DNA of 54,975 nucleotides from contig CAYZKL010000003.1 of the NCBI GenBank assembly GCA_964478855.1, positions 19,686 to 74,660 of the forward strand, in the 5' to 3' direction. This DNA is from an uncultured Flavipsychrobacter sp. (GTDB taxonomy: Bacteria > Bacteroidota > Bacteroidia > Chitinophagales > Chitinophagaceae). The notes below the pieces were generated by a model that saw nothing but the letters and a program-made list of their open reading frames with translations, was not told the origin of the DNA and did not search any database. Numbering within the stretch: the first letter of the stretch is position 1; every line of letters starts with the position of its first letter. Of this stretch, positions 54,561 through 54,975 are shown piece after piece. Made by a program: the position numbers and the translations under genes.

Positions 54561-54975
54561 TGTCAACAATCGAGCTAAATTCAGATCAACAGGTCGCATT
54601 TGAGGGTCTTCAAGAGTTTTTAAAACATCCTACATCTGACACATTTGTATTGAAAGGTTATGCTGGTACAGGTAAGACTTTTCTAATGCAATATTTAGCA
54701 CAATGGTTAAAAGAAAATAGTCAAGATTTTAAACTACTTGCATCAACAGGAAGAGCAGCTTCTGTTTTAAGAGGAAAAACCGGATTTGAAGCAAAGACTG
54801 TACACGGAATAGTTTATAAATTCAGCAGAGTAAACGGGGACTTTGACGATATCCCTGATGATGCTCCAATTGATAAATTCGGTCAAATGACTTTACAGTT
54901 TACTTTGAAGCCACCGGAATCCAAACCAACTATCTATATTGTTGATGAAGCATCAATGCTTTCAAGTGAAATAAC
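54560..54975 (+). CDS. SF1B (RecD/Dda-like) ATP-dependent DNA helicase, truncated by the window end
   Basis: Hand translation from the TAATG overlap: MSTIELNSDQQVA...LKGYAGTGKT...LLASTGRAA...AKTVH...IVDEASML. Confidence 0.9.
   Translation, partial: MSTIELNSDQQVAFEGLQEFLKHPTSDTFVLKGYAGTGKTFLMQYLAQWLKENSQDFKLLASTGRAASVLRGKTGFEAKTVHGIVYKFSRVNGDFDDIPDDAPIDKFGQMTLQFTLKPPESKPTIYIVDEASMLSSEI

Larger units (their letters stand above)
35744..54975. mobile_element. tRNA-integrated, AT-rich phage-related element (satellite-like island or prophage remnant); right end lies beyond the window
   Basis: att fragment, tyrosine integrase, excisionase-like HTH, rep-like gene, tail genes, TA pair and defence-like cargo; visible drop in GC content from ~35.6 kb. 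Confidence 0.85.

Noticed and set aside
1-54975. CRISPR array, rRNA or complete tRNA gene
   Set aside because: No regularly spaced repeat-spacer array and no full cloverleaf or rRNA signature were seen; only the tRNA 3' fragment at 35744-35765.
35955-54975. Conjugative or mobilisable transposon (CTn/NBU type)
   Set aside because: No relaxase, tra, VirE or primase genes were recognised within the window, though the unseen part could contain them.

Overview
This looks like Bacteroidota DNA, probably Chitinophagaceae-like: it has T9SS C-terminal domains and TAnnTTTG -7 promoter motifs. It falls into two parts. (1) 1-35.7 kb is ordinary chromosome. It holds a detox/stress cluster (two GlxA-type AraC paralogs, SRPBCC, VOC, DoxX, MATE, Dps, ArsR) and an Ntox23-like operon. 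It also holds a molybdenum cofactor cluster whose moaA has an internal out-of-frame deletion, tmk, three large T9SS-secreted proteins with different heads on a shared Ig-repeat stalk, and a cysteine-free glutathione peroxidase homolog. (2) From ~35.74 kb to the window end is a visibly more AT-rich integrated element. It begins at a displaced 3' fragment of a tRNA (probably tRNA-Cys) next to a tyrosine integrase. It carries an excisionase-like HTH, a phage replication-initiator-like wHTH and a TIR-TM-Ig membrane protein. Its tail-only module has two paralogous tail-chaperone-like genes, a third chaperone-like gene, a tape-measure-like gene and a tail fibre. It also has a Panacea TA pair and a UPF0489/nuclease/helicase operon. 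No capsid, portal, terminase, sheath or tube genes are visible. The best novelty candidate is therefore a satellite or defence island that supplies or interferes with phage tail assembly. All family assignments come from motif recognition by eye; no database searches were run.
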